DNA of 64,000 nt, from contig CBDDIJ010000002.1 of NCBI GenBank assembly GCA_965228855.1, positions 2,496,001-2,560,000 of the forward strand. The letters run 5' to 3'. Both the position numbers and the translations under genes were made by a program. The stretch is from Candidatus Obscuribacterales bacterium (GTDB lineage Bacteria > Cyanobacteriota > Vampirovibrionia > Obscuribacterales > Obscuribacteraceae). The notes beneath the pieces are model-generated. The model searched no databases, was not told the origin of the DNA, and saw only the letters and a program-made list of their open reading frames with translations. Shown here in pieces: positions 56,351 through 64,000 of the stretch (its first letter is position 1; each line of letters starts with the position of its first letter).

Positions 56351-58294
56351 CTACAAGAAATAGTCGAGCGGCGTTTCAATCGGCGCTAAGCCATCGCGAA
56401 AATCGCCGACAAATCTTGACACGTTCCCAAGTTTAATCACTTTTTGGCCTGTACAGTCTATGAAGAATTTCTGGTCATCGGCGGTAGTAATCAAAGCTAG
56501 ACCGTCGCTGAACGAGCGAACGCTCAACGTAGGCTCAAGGGCAATCTGCACTTCGCCTCTTTTGTTTATGAATACCCACTGCCTGGCATTAGACCGCTTC
56601 AAGCCGTTTGATTCTTCTGAAAATTCTTCGAGAGATAGCAGCGCCAGACCATCGCTAAAGGCACGCCCATAGAAAAAATTGGCAGGAATGACGAGTTCGC
56701 CTTTTAAGTTTATGTAACCACAGCGCGAACCGGCTTTGATTACAAGCAATCCTTCCGAAAATTGATGGCTCCGATTTCCGTATTCGGAGCGCCGGTTCCT
56801 TGATGTGAGGGCGCGGCTGGATTCCTTCTCACCAGCGTATAGGTATTGATCTGTGTCCCTGAAGAAACCGTTTGTTATTCGTCCGTGAGCAATAATTGGG
56901 TCGTCAAAGATTTGCTGATGCACAGCATTTAAATCGATTGCCGTTTGCCCGTAAATGTCGATGTAGGTGATCTTGTGTCGCTCGATTTCGGTCTCATACC
57001 TAACTGTTTTCGCTCTGCCGTTGGCGAATTCTGCAACTTCATCAAATTCAAAATCAGTTATTTCCTTTCCGAGAAGATCGATAAATGCGATCTTACCGTT
57101 TCTGCTGACAGCAGCTCTTTCTTCAGAAAATGGCAGGACGTTTTCGAACTTGGGTTCGACAATCCAATCGCCGGCTTTGTTGATGAAGCCCCAACTACTA
57201 TTCAACTTTGCCGGGGCACGTCCGCTTCTAAAAGGTCCGACATCTTCAAAAGCAGGTTTAATGACATGCTCTCCTTTGAGATCGATAAAACCCCACTTCA
57301 CACCGTCGAAAACGCTTGCTAAATCTTCGGAGAAATCCTCAGCCCATCTGAATTCTCTTGCGAATACATTGATGCCGTTTCTATCTAAAAATTTTGCGCT
57401 AGATACCCCCTGCGAGCAATATAAACCGCATGAAAAATTCGAATTTGGCCTGACATTTTCTATCTCGACTACTATGTCTCCGCTCTTGTCTAGGAAGCCG
57501 CCGACTTTGGGCTTGAACGCTTTGGGATCATTTTGGTAACGCGTTCTCAATCGCAGCATGGTGAGTTTAATCGCGACAATTGCGAACCATCTGTACACGG
57601 CTCCAAACAGATTGAATTTGAGGCTTAGAAGGTAAATTGGATTCCGGAAAAATCCGCTAATGTTGTGGAGCTGTCCATTAGCCGACCGATTTTTAGGGTC
57701 GTGTTTAAGTGTTTTCCTAAACCACTTTCGAGCCTTCAACAGTTTTAGCCGTTTTAGGTAAATGCTGCCGATCGAGTTCATAGCCTCTACGTTTTCCGGA
57801 CTTAGCTCAAGAACTTTTTCAAAAGCGGCAATTGATGCGCTGTAGTTTCTTCTTATTTCCTCCAGTGCTCCAAGCGTCAAGTATCCATAGCTGTAGTCAG
57901 GGAAGTTTGCGACGCATGCCTGCGCGCTCTGGTACGCAGAATCCACCTGGCTCGTGTCCTCATAGTCCCGACCGAGAAACCATTTAAATTGGTTTCTTGC
58001 CAGCAGATCTTGCTCTACGGCCTCAACCGGTGGTATCGCAGATGGTAGCAGAAGCTTTCGCCGTATATCCGTATATGTTTTGAAATTCGGGTCGAGGTCG
58101 TCCGCGCGCCGGAGACACTCGAGGGCATGATGAACCAGGTGGTATCGCGCATAGTGATCGCTCAGATGATAATACTCGGAAGCGGTCAATTCGTCAGGAA
58201 AATGAATAGGCGGCCAATGCTGACTCTCGGTGCTGAGCGTGTTCAGAATTTTATAGCTTTGAATTATGTTGTTGAGCGAAGTTTCTTCCGTCAT
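56351..58294 (-). CDS. TPR - TM - WG-repeat protein
   Basis: N-terminal TPRs, central hydrophobic helix, multiple FSEG/WGFID repeats. Confidence 0.88.
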   Translation of the reverse strand: MTEETSLNNIIQSYKILNTLSTESQHWPPIHFPDELTASEYYHLSDHYARYHLVHHALECLRRADDLDPNFKTYTDIRRKLLLPSAIPPVEAVEQDLLARNQFKWFLGRDYEDTSQVDSAYQSAQACVANFPDYSYGYLTLGALEEIRRNYSASIAAFEKVLELSPENVEAMNSIGSIYLKRLKLLKARKWFRKTLKHDPKNRSANGQLHNISGFFRNPIYLLSLKFNLFGAVYRWFAIVAIKLTMLRLRTRYQNDPKAFKPKVGGFLDKSGDIVVEIENVRPNSNFSCGLYCSQGVSSAKFLDRNGINVFAREFRWAEDFSEDLASVFDGVKWGFIDLKGEHVIKPAFEDVGPFRSGRAPAKLNSSWGFINKAGDWIVEPKFENVLPFSEERAAVSRNGKIAFIDLLGKEITDFEFDEVAEFANGRAKTVRYETEIERHKITYIDIYGQTAIDLNAVHQQIFDDPIIAHGRITNGFFRDTDQYLYAGEKESSRALTSRNRRSEYGNRSHQFSEGLLVIKAGSRCGYINLKGELVIPANFFYGRAFSDGLALLSLEEFSEESNGLKRSNARQWVFINKRGEVQIALEPTLSVRSFSDGLALITTADDQKFFIDCTGQKVIKLGNVSRFVGDFRDGLAPIETPLDYFL

Positions 58295-58346
58295 CGATTT
58301 AGTGCGAAATTTTTAGAAGTTAAGTCAAAACGGCTTCATCCTATTC

Positions 58347-59549
58347 TCATTGAACTTTCTCAGTACCAGTGGCTGGCGAATAGGTCACCTTCTCCGCCCT
58401 CGTGAAAAACGTCCATAAATCCTCCTCAACGTCAGGCTTTTGCTCACGAGTAATCCAATCACCTGGAGGAAACGGATTATTCGGATCGACCATATCGCCA
58501 CAAGTTATTGAGTATGCACAAACCATTCCATCCGGCTTGTAGCGAATGTTGAAATAAGTCGAACCCAAGCAGCTTTGCTGTAACAAATATCGCTCAGCTG
58601 TCGGATGTTCTTTTATCGCTATAGGCTCGCCCAAAAGTTTTACCACATCAGATCTCTTCATCGAGAAAATCTCATACTGGCGCAAAAACTGCTGTATCGT
58701 CCTATCCGAAACCCATCTAGTTCGCGACCCAATCTCCTCAAATCCCGGTTCTAGCGAATTGAAGACTGCAAGCCCTTCGCTAAACTCCTCCAGTTGCGAA
58801 TATTTCGCAGGAACCACGAACTTTCCATCCCTGTTGATGTAACCAAATGCGGTGCTGGCATTTTTCTCGACCGTTGCAAGTGCTAAGCCGTTTTCGAATT
58901 TTGATTTCCAATCGGACCTCGGACATGGGAACGTAGGTGGTATTACAAACTTCCCCCTCTTATCAATGAAACCGAATTTAGCCCCGTTCAGCGGGCTGAG
59001 TTGTGATTGTCCGCCGATGTCCTTCCAGGGTTTTCCACCGACTGCGACTGCCGCCAAACCTTCGCTAAACGGTTGCGCGGAGCAGCAGTCCGCCGGAAGT
59101 TTGATTCGAACGTTTCCATCTTTGTCGAGAAAACTCCAACCGTGTTTCTTTGACCAGGCAGAAACCATTCCGTCTGAATATGGACCGAAGTAGTCGTAGT
59201 CGCGTTTGGTCGCATCCGCGATGCTACCTTCATTAACGATGAACTTCGATGCCACCGGAACAATGGTTTCGCCATCCGAACGGAGTGGAACTTCATCCAC
59301 GGTAAATTCATGACCTTCCTTGTCGATGAACACGGTGGTCCGCCGGTCAGGATGTCCTTTCTCGTTGAACCCCACGCAGCGCGCGTAGCCGTTGTGAAAG
59401 TCTTCCACGCGAAAGTATTTCGGCGCAATTACTTCTTTGCCCGCTTTGTTGACGAAGCCGAACTTCGGCTGGGACACCGGGAGGAATTGGGGCTGCCATC
59501 GGTCCACGACCATGCAGATGCTTATGAGTGATAGAAGCAAATTTGACAT
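58347..59549 (-). CDS. WG-repeat protein with C-terminal SmpA/BamE-like domain (paralog A)
   Basis: FGFVNKAG, FSEGLAAV, FGFIDKRG; C-terminal MKRSDVVKLLGEP; GAGGA SD. Confidence 0.87.
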   Translation of the reverse strand: MSNLLLSLISICMVVDRWQPQFLPVSQPKFGFVNKAGKEVIAPKYFRVEDFHNGYARCVGFNEKGHPDRRTTVFIDKEGHEFTVDEVPLRSDGETIVPVASKFIVNEGSIADATKRDYDYFGPYSDGMVSAWSKKHGWSFLDKDGNVRIKLPADCCSAQPFSEGLAAVAVGGKPWKDIGGQSQLSPLNGAKFGFIDKRGKFVIPPTFPCPRSDWKSKFENGLALATVEKNASTAFGYINRDGKFVVPAKYSQLEEFSEGLAVFNSLEPGFEEIGSRTRWVSDRTIQQFLRQYEIFSMKRSDVVKLLGEPIAIKEHPTAERYLLQQSCLGSTYFNIRYKPDGMVCAYSITCGDMVDPNNPFPPGDWITREQKPDVEEDLWTFFTRAEKVTYSPATGTEKVQ

Positions 59550-59647
59550 GGCTTGTCCTCGAATACAATTCGCTCATTATAACTTCTTCAACGTGTTGCA
59601 CTTGGCGGGTGATGTTTGTCTTTGATCTTGGATGGATAAGGTGCGAC

Positions 59648-60121
59648 TCAATATTTTTGGTCCTTTCTCGAATGTTTGTAAGGCGCTCTTGGCCAGCCGG
59701 GCTCAGGGCGGGAATCTGGTCTAACCGAGGTGCGCTCGTCAAAAATCAGTCCATCGTTCTCATAACGCACAGTAACTGAGAAACAAATCCAAAGCGTTTG
59801 TTCTTCGTTTACTAGTGCGCTGGATTTTGTGAACCACCTTAGTAGTTCTGAAAGACCATTTTGGACAAACAGTTCTCGAACTCGTTCAACTTGCGTCTTA
59901 TCAACTGCAATTTGACGAAGCCGCCACCGATGATTTTTATCCACTGTTCCAAAGTTTGACCTGGCGATCAAAACATCTGACGTCTTCTCTTTCCATTCTT
60001 TTGTGACGAGCAAGTTTGATTCAGGTAACATCGCTTGAAACGAGCTGCGCAGGAAATCGTCAGACAGTGCACATTCTGCATTATCTGGAATTTCGCTGTC
60101 GGGCTCAATGGATACGTTCAT
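59648..60121 (-). CDS. Hypothetical protein between the WG paralogs
   Basis: 157-aa ORF with GGAGGTGAGG SD upstream. Confidence 0.7.
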   Translation of the reverse strand: MNVSIEPDSEIPDNAECALSDDFLRSSFQAMLPESNLLVTKEWKEKTSDVLIARSNFGTVDKNHRWRLRQIAVDKTQVERVRELFVQNGLSELLRWFTKSSALVNEEQTLWICFSVTVRYENDGLIFDERTSVRPDSRPEPGWPRAPYKHSRKDQKY

Positions 60122-60219
60122 GAACTTCTTGTCGCCTCACCTCCGACCGATCCAAATTCTGGTAGTTTCTCGCCGCGTTTGCCTCGTGTTCGTTGATGAC
60201 TAATCCTGGTATCGCTATA

Positions 60220-61689
60220 TCATTGAGAAGTCTGTGTCTCAACGGTGGCTGGATAGACTTCCTTGGCTACCCGGCTGTAGTACTTGTAGATGTCTTCATT
60301 GGGCTCGGGTTTCTCTGTCGATACAACCCATTCACTAGGTTCGATCTGTTCTGGATATTTTTTGCATTCGTTACTGCACGCATGTCCATAAACGGTTCCA
60401 TCCGCCTTGTAGCGAATGTCAAAGTATTGAGTTCCAAAACAATCCTGACCCAGTTTGTATCGATCGGCATCGGGGTTTTTTCGTATTGAGTCCGGCTCTC
60501 CGAGCCGCTTTACGATTTCGGTTCTGTTCATTGAACCGATGTCAAACTGCCGCAAGAAGTGCGATAGTTTTTTATACTTGCAGCGTCCATCCTTCCAGTC
60601 CATTAATTCAAAACCGGGTTCGCGTGAGTCGAAGGCGGCGAGTCCCTCGCTGAACTCTTCCAGTTTTGAATACTTTGCCGGTATGACAAATTTTCCACGC
60701 TTGTCTATGTAACCATATGCGGTGCTTAGATTTTTCTCCGCTGTTGCGAGTGCTATACCGTTTCTAAATTGCGATCTCCATTCACCGTCCGATGGACAGG
60801 GAAAAGTCGGTGAAATCACGAACTTTCCGATCTTGTTGATAAAACCGAACTTGGAACCAGCTGGAGGCCAGATTGTGGACTGTTCGCCACCCTCTTCAAA
60901 ATGTTTTTCTGTGACGGCAATCGCAGCCAAGCCCTCGCTGAACGGTTGCGCGGAGCAACACTCTTTTGGCAATGTCAGCCGTACCGTTCCATTCTTATCG
61001 AGGAAACACCAACCGCGTTTCTTCGACCATGCTGGCACTAGGCCCTCTGAAAACTCGCCAAAGTAGTCATAAATTTCGTTAAGTTTGGTTGTGACGCCAA
61101 CGTGCGGTGGGATAAACAGCGACGGCTCGGCAGGCTCCATACCCGGAATTTCACCAACTTTTCCACGACCAGTGAATTCGAAGCTCTTACCGTCTTTGAG
61201 AAAATGTTGGTTGCCGGTCTTTGGATTCAAGCCGCATGAGATAAGTTGACCAGACGGAATTTCGAATCGTGTTCCGTCTTTATCAATTACGAAAAGGCGG
61301 TAGCTGTTTCGCATTAGGCGCAGGCTGTTTCGCGAGGAGATCTCTTTGAGGTCTCCTTCAAAGAGAATTGTTTTAAAACCGATGTTAACGAAGTTTTTCT
61401 CTTTTACGTCCGCCGTTGAAATGAAGTCTGTTGTGAATTCGTTTCCGTGTTTGTCTACGAAGATCTGAGCACTCCTGGCGCGACCAGATTTGTCGGGTCC
61501 ATAGCAGAGCGCGTACCCATGCCGGAATTTACCTCCGAAGTAATACTTAGGAGCGATTACTTCTTTGCCGCTTTTGTCTACGTAGCCGTGAACGCAAGGC
61601 GGTGCAGGCATTGTCGCCGGCCTCGCGCCGGGTGGCATGCGGTCTAGAGAGCAACATATGGTTATCAGTGCTACGAGTAAATTAGACAT
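60220..61689 (-). CDS. WG-repeat protein with C-terminal SmpA/BamE-like domain (paralog B)
   Basis: Colinear with 58347-59549 (MSNLL, CCSAQPFSEGLAA, PTFPCP, LEEFSEGLA); C-terminal MNRTEIVKRLGEPD. Confidence 0.87.
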   Translation of the reverse strand: MSNLLVALITICCSLDRMPPGARPATMPAPPCVHGYVDKSGKEVIAPKYYFGGKFRHGYALCYGPDKSGRARSAQIFVDKHGNEFTTDFISTADVKEKNFVNIGFKTILFEGDLKEISSRNSLRLMRNSYRLFVIDKDGTRFEIPSGQLISCGLNPKTGNQHFLKDGKSFEFTGRGKVGEIPGMEPAEPSLFIPPHVGVTTKLNEIYDYFGEFSEGLVPAWSKKRGWCFLDKNGTVRLTLPKECCSAQPFSEGLAAIAVTEKHFEEGGEQSTIWPPAGSKFGFINKIGKFVISPTFPCPSDGEWRSQFRNGIALATAEKNLSTAYGYIDKRGKFVIPAKYSKLEEFSEGLAAFDSREPGFELMDWKDGRCKYKKLSHFLRQFDIGSMNRTEIVKRLGEPDSIRKNPDADRYKLGQDCFGTQYFDIRYKADGTVYGHACSNECKKYPEQIEPSEWVVSTEKPEPNEDIYKYYSRVAKEVYPATVETQTSQ

Positions 61690-61781
61690 GTGTATTCTTG
61701 AAAGCTTTCACTGACTCGTCTCTAGACTATTTTGACACGAGGCACAGGATAGCTAGATAACATGTCTTGAATAAGTGACAT

Positions 61782-61797
61782 GATCACCCGGGTGATC
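61782..61797. promoter_or_regulatory. Palindrome GATCACCCGGGTGATC (copy 3)
   Basis: Perfect 16-bp palindrome between divergent WG-repeat genes. Confidence 0.6.
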
Positions 61798-61805
61798 TTC
61801 TTTTC

Positions 61806-63563
61806 GTGATCTATTATGGACTGGTCTGGACGCGAGCGATGATGCCGCATGGCCTAATCGAAGAGGCGAAACTTTTGAATCGAAGAGTGCTCCAAGTTGT
61901 ATTCACTGCGATGGCGTGCCTTACCGTGCCCTGTTTTCCCGCAGTTGCGCGCGATTTTTACGGACTGATGGACAAATCCGGAAAGTTTATAGTCCCAGCG
62001 GATTATCGCGTAATCCGTCAACAGAAAGATGGCACCTACGCAGTCACCACATTCGGGAAGGAGAATGTTTCCCAAGAAGAAACCTTTGTACTTGACCAAA
62101 ATGGAAGGCGAATTGCCGAGCGAAAACCGGACGCTGATAACTCGCATAGACTGATGTTCACGACCGCTCCGAGACTGGAATACGAAGAAGTGCGGTCATA
62201 TGACGAGAAGGTGGGTTCGCTTTATGGTCTTCGACACAAGAAGACTGGTCGTCTGTCAATCCCTTTTAGAAGTATCAAAGAACTGCTGGCATATCCAGTC
62301 GGAGAGGATCTTTTTGTAGACCAGCGGCAGACCGGCGATAAAACAGAAACGCTTCTTTTAAAGGACGGGGGAGCGGTCGTAGCAAAAATTCCAAACTTGC
62401 TCTCCTCGCCGAATCTAGAGTTCATCAACGGACTGATGTTAGCGGAGAACGTGGATCGTGAATATGGCTATTTCGACAGAACAGGTAAGCTGCTCTGCAA
62501 CAGATATTTCGAGACGGCAGAGAGATTTGCGGATGGTGTAGCGTCGGTTTCCTTCAATCAGGATGGTGTTAAATATGGTGCAGTCATTGATTTGAAAGGA
62601 AACTATGTGTATGGACCCCTTAAGAACATCATCGTGAGCCCATTCTTCAACGGTGTTGCATCGATTGAGGTTCTTGCCGAAGACAATTCTAAATCGAACA
62701 GAACACTAAAAAGCACTGGACGAGGGATTGTCAATCGTAAATTTGAAGTAATCATTCCAGCCAAGTACGAGTATGTTAAAGACTATGGTAATCACTTAAT
62801 CGCAAAGGCTCTCGCTTCGTGTGGCGGCGGCTGGGTCGTGTTTGATTTCGATGGGAAAAAACTCTTGGAGCTGAAACCGACAGTTACGGATGTTCGACCC
62901 AGTGACGATTGCCACATGGTCGCATTTGCCGAAGGTGTAAAGCTGAAATCAACGGATGCCACTGCTGATAGTGCGAAGTGGGGATTCGTAGATTTTGCCG
63001 GAAAAGTAATTGTTCCGCCGAAGTTCGACGATGCGATGTCGTTCGTGAATGGAGTTGCGGTCGTCAGCGTTAAGAATAAAAATGGAAAAATGCAATCCGG
63101 AACTATTGATGAGCGCGGGAATTTCGTCGTTCAACCCAAGTTCAAACACATTATTCCCACCAAACCTTTGGCTATTGTTGTTGAAGAAAGAGAGGGTGGA
63201 TTTGACCCATACGCCTGGGCAAACCCTGATCTCAGGGGTTTTCTCAACAGATATGAACAATGGAATGCATTTTCGCGCGAATACGATTTGATTGGAATGG
63301 AGCGGAAGGAAGTCTTCAAGCTTCTTGGAGATGACCGTCTTCTCCATTCGCGGGGGCGTCGCAGTCCAACTCTTTCTGACGCGGAAGTGGTGCCTTCAAA
63401 TGGGATAATGTCATCCGCAAAGAATGTTTTCTATGGTTTGAATTCGAGCATTTGCGGAAATGCTTCATCGAGCCTCGAGGTCGAGTTTGGAGACGATGAT
63501 AAGGTCAGTAGATATCGCATCGTGCATGGTGGGGAACGTGACCAACCATGGGTTTCAAAATGA
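61806..63563 (+). CDS. Exported WG-repeat protein with C-terminal SmpA/BamE-like domain (start probably 61839 or 61875)
   Basis: YGLMDKSG, WGFVDFAG, FVNGVAVV; C-terminal LIGMERKEVFKLLG..LEVEFGDDDKV. Confidence 0.85.
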   Translation: MIYYGLVWTRAMMPHGLIEEAKLLNRRVLQVVFTAMACLTVPCFPAVARDFYGLMDKSGKFIVPADYRVIRQQKDGTYAVTTFGKENVSQEETFVLDQNGRRIAERKPDADNSHRLMFTTAPRLEYEEVRSYDEKVGSLYGLRHKKTGRLSIPFRSIKELLAYPVGEDLFVDQRQTGDKTETLLLKDGGAVVAKIPNLLSSPNLEFINGLMLAENVDREYGYFDRTGKLLCNRYFETAERFADGVASVSFNQDGVKYGAVIDLKGNYVYGPLKNIIVSPFFNGVASIEVLAEDNSKSNRTLKSTGRGIVNRKFEVIIPAKYEYVKDYGNHLIAKALASCGGGWVVFDFDGKKLLELKPTVTDVRPSDDCHMVAFAEGVKLKSTDATADSAKWGFVDFAGKVIVPPKFDDAMSFVNGVAVVSVKNKNGKMQSGTIDERGNFVVQPKFKHIIPTKPLAIVVEEREGGFDPYAWANPDLRGFLNRYEQWNAFSREYDLIGMERKEVFKLLGDDRLLHSRGRRSPTLSDAEVVPSNGIMSSAKNVFYGLNSSICGNASSSLEVEFGDDDKVSRYRIVHGGERDQPWVSK

Positions 63564-63673
63564 GCTTGTGCCTGTGAGCGATGTTGAAAGTCGTAATGAA
63601 GATGAACGTTCGTGGCGTTCAAAAATGAATTGTCGGATTTGTTCCCACCTGATGCTCACATCTGGCTTATCTG

Positions 63674-64000
63674 CTATTGTGCAGTCGCCAATTTTGGCAA
63701 TACTTTGCTAAGGAATTCATTCATAAGCATGCCAATTTTTTCGCCATCCTCTTCGAGTGCGAAGTGCCCCGTATCCAAAATGTGATATTCGAGATTCTTC
63801 AAATCCCGCTTATATGGCTCGGCTCCAGCAGGAGGAAAGATCTGATCGTTTTTGCCCCAGACGATTAACATTGGTGGCTGATGCTTGCGGAAATATTCTT
63901 GCCACTGTGGATAAAGAGGGGGATTCGAGCCGTAGCTATAAAAAAGTTCAAGCTGAATGTCTTTGTTTCCCGGGCGATCCATTCCGGCCTGATCATGCAA
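63674..64000 (-). CDS. Alpha/beta hydrolase (epoxide hydrolase-like), C-terminal part; gene extends beyond the window
   Basis: [24 protein letters not shown]. Confidence 0.85.
   Translation of the reverse strand: MHDQAGMDRPGNKDIQLELFYSYGSNPPLYPQWQEYFRKHQPPMLIVWGKNDQIFPPAGAEPYKRDLKNLEYHILDTGHFALEEDGEKIGMLMNEFLSKVLPKLATAQ

Overview
Bacterial chromosomal window of roughly 50% GC by eye, with about 53 densely packed CDSs and no rRNA, tRNA, CRISPR array, integrase or transposase that I can support. The gene mix (kinase-TM-LRR proteins, five WG-repeat proteins, a secreted TPR-caspase, many TPR proteins) suggests Melainabacteria/Vampirovibrionia (Obscuribacterales-like); this is inference only. Recognisable genes: a paoABC-like Mo oxidoreductase operon, an RsrR-type Rrf2 regulator with two palindromic operators, a vanadium-dependent haloperoxidase, a PG-binding/CHAP amidase, an RCK-gated K+ channel, an SdpAB-like HTTM pair, a hybrid histidine kinase, xth, an O-methyltransferase, murQ, ribH and a full-length lhr. 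Best leads: (1) a stand-alone ~104-aa protein resembling only the conserved inner domain of contractile tail-sheath proteins, with no other phage/CIS gene in the window; (2) a haloperoxidase + amidase + DUF4831-like + DUF1496-like islet; (3) a 14-bp palindrome ATCACC(C/A)GGGTGAT in three intergenic regions; (4) two duplicated small genes starting KKPRHLRLVV with co-duplicated upstream DNA; (5) an orphan SdpAB-like operon converging on a possibly frameshift-split pilin-like gene. All family assignments come from motif recognition by eye, not database searches.
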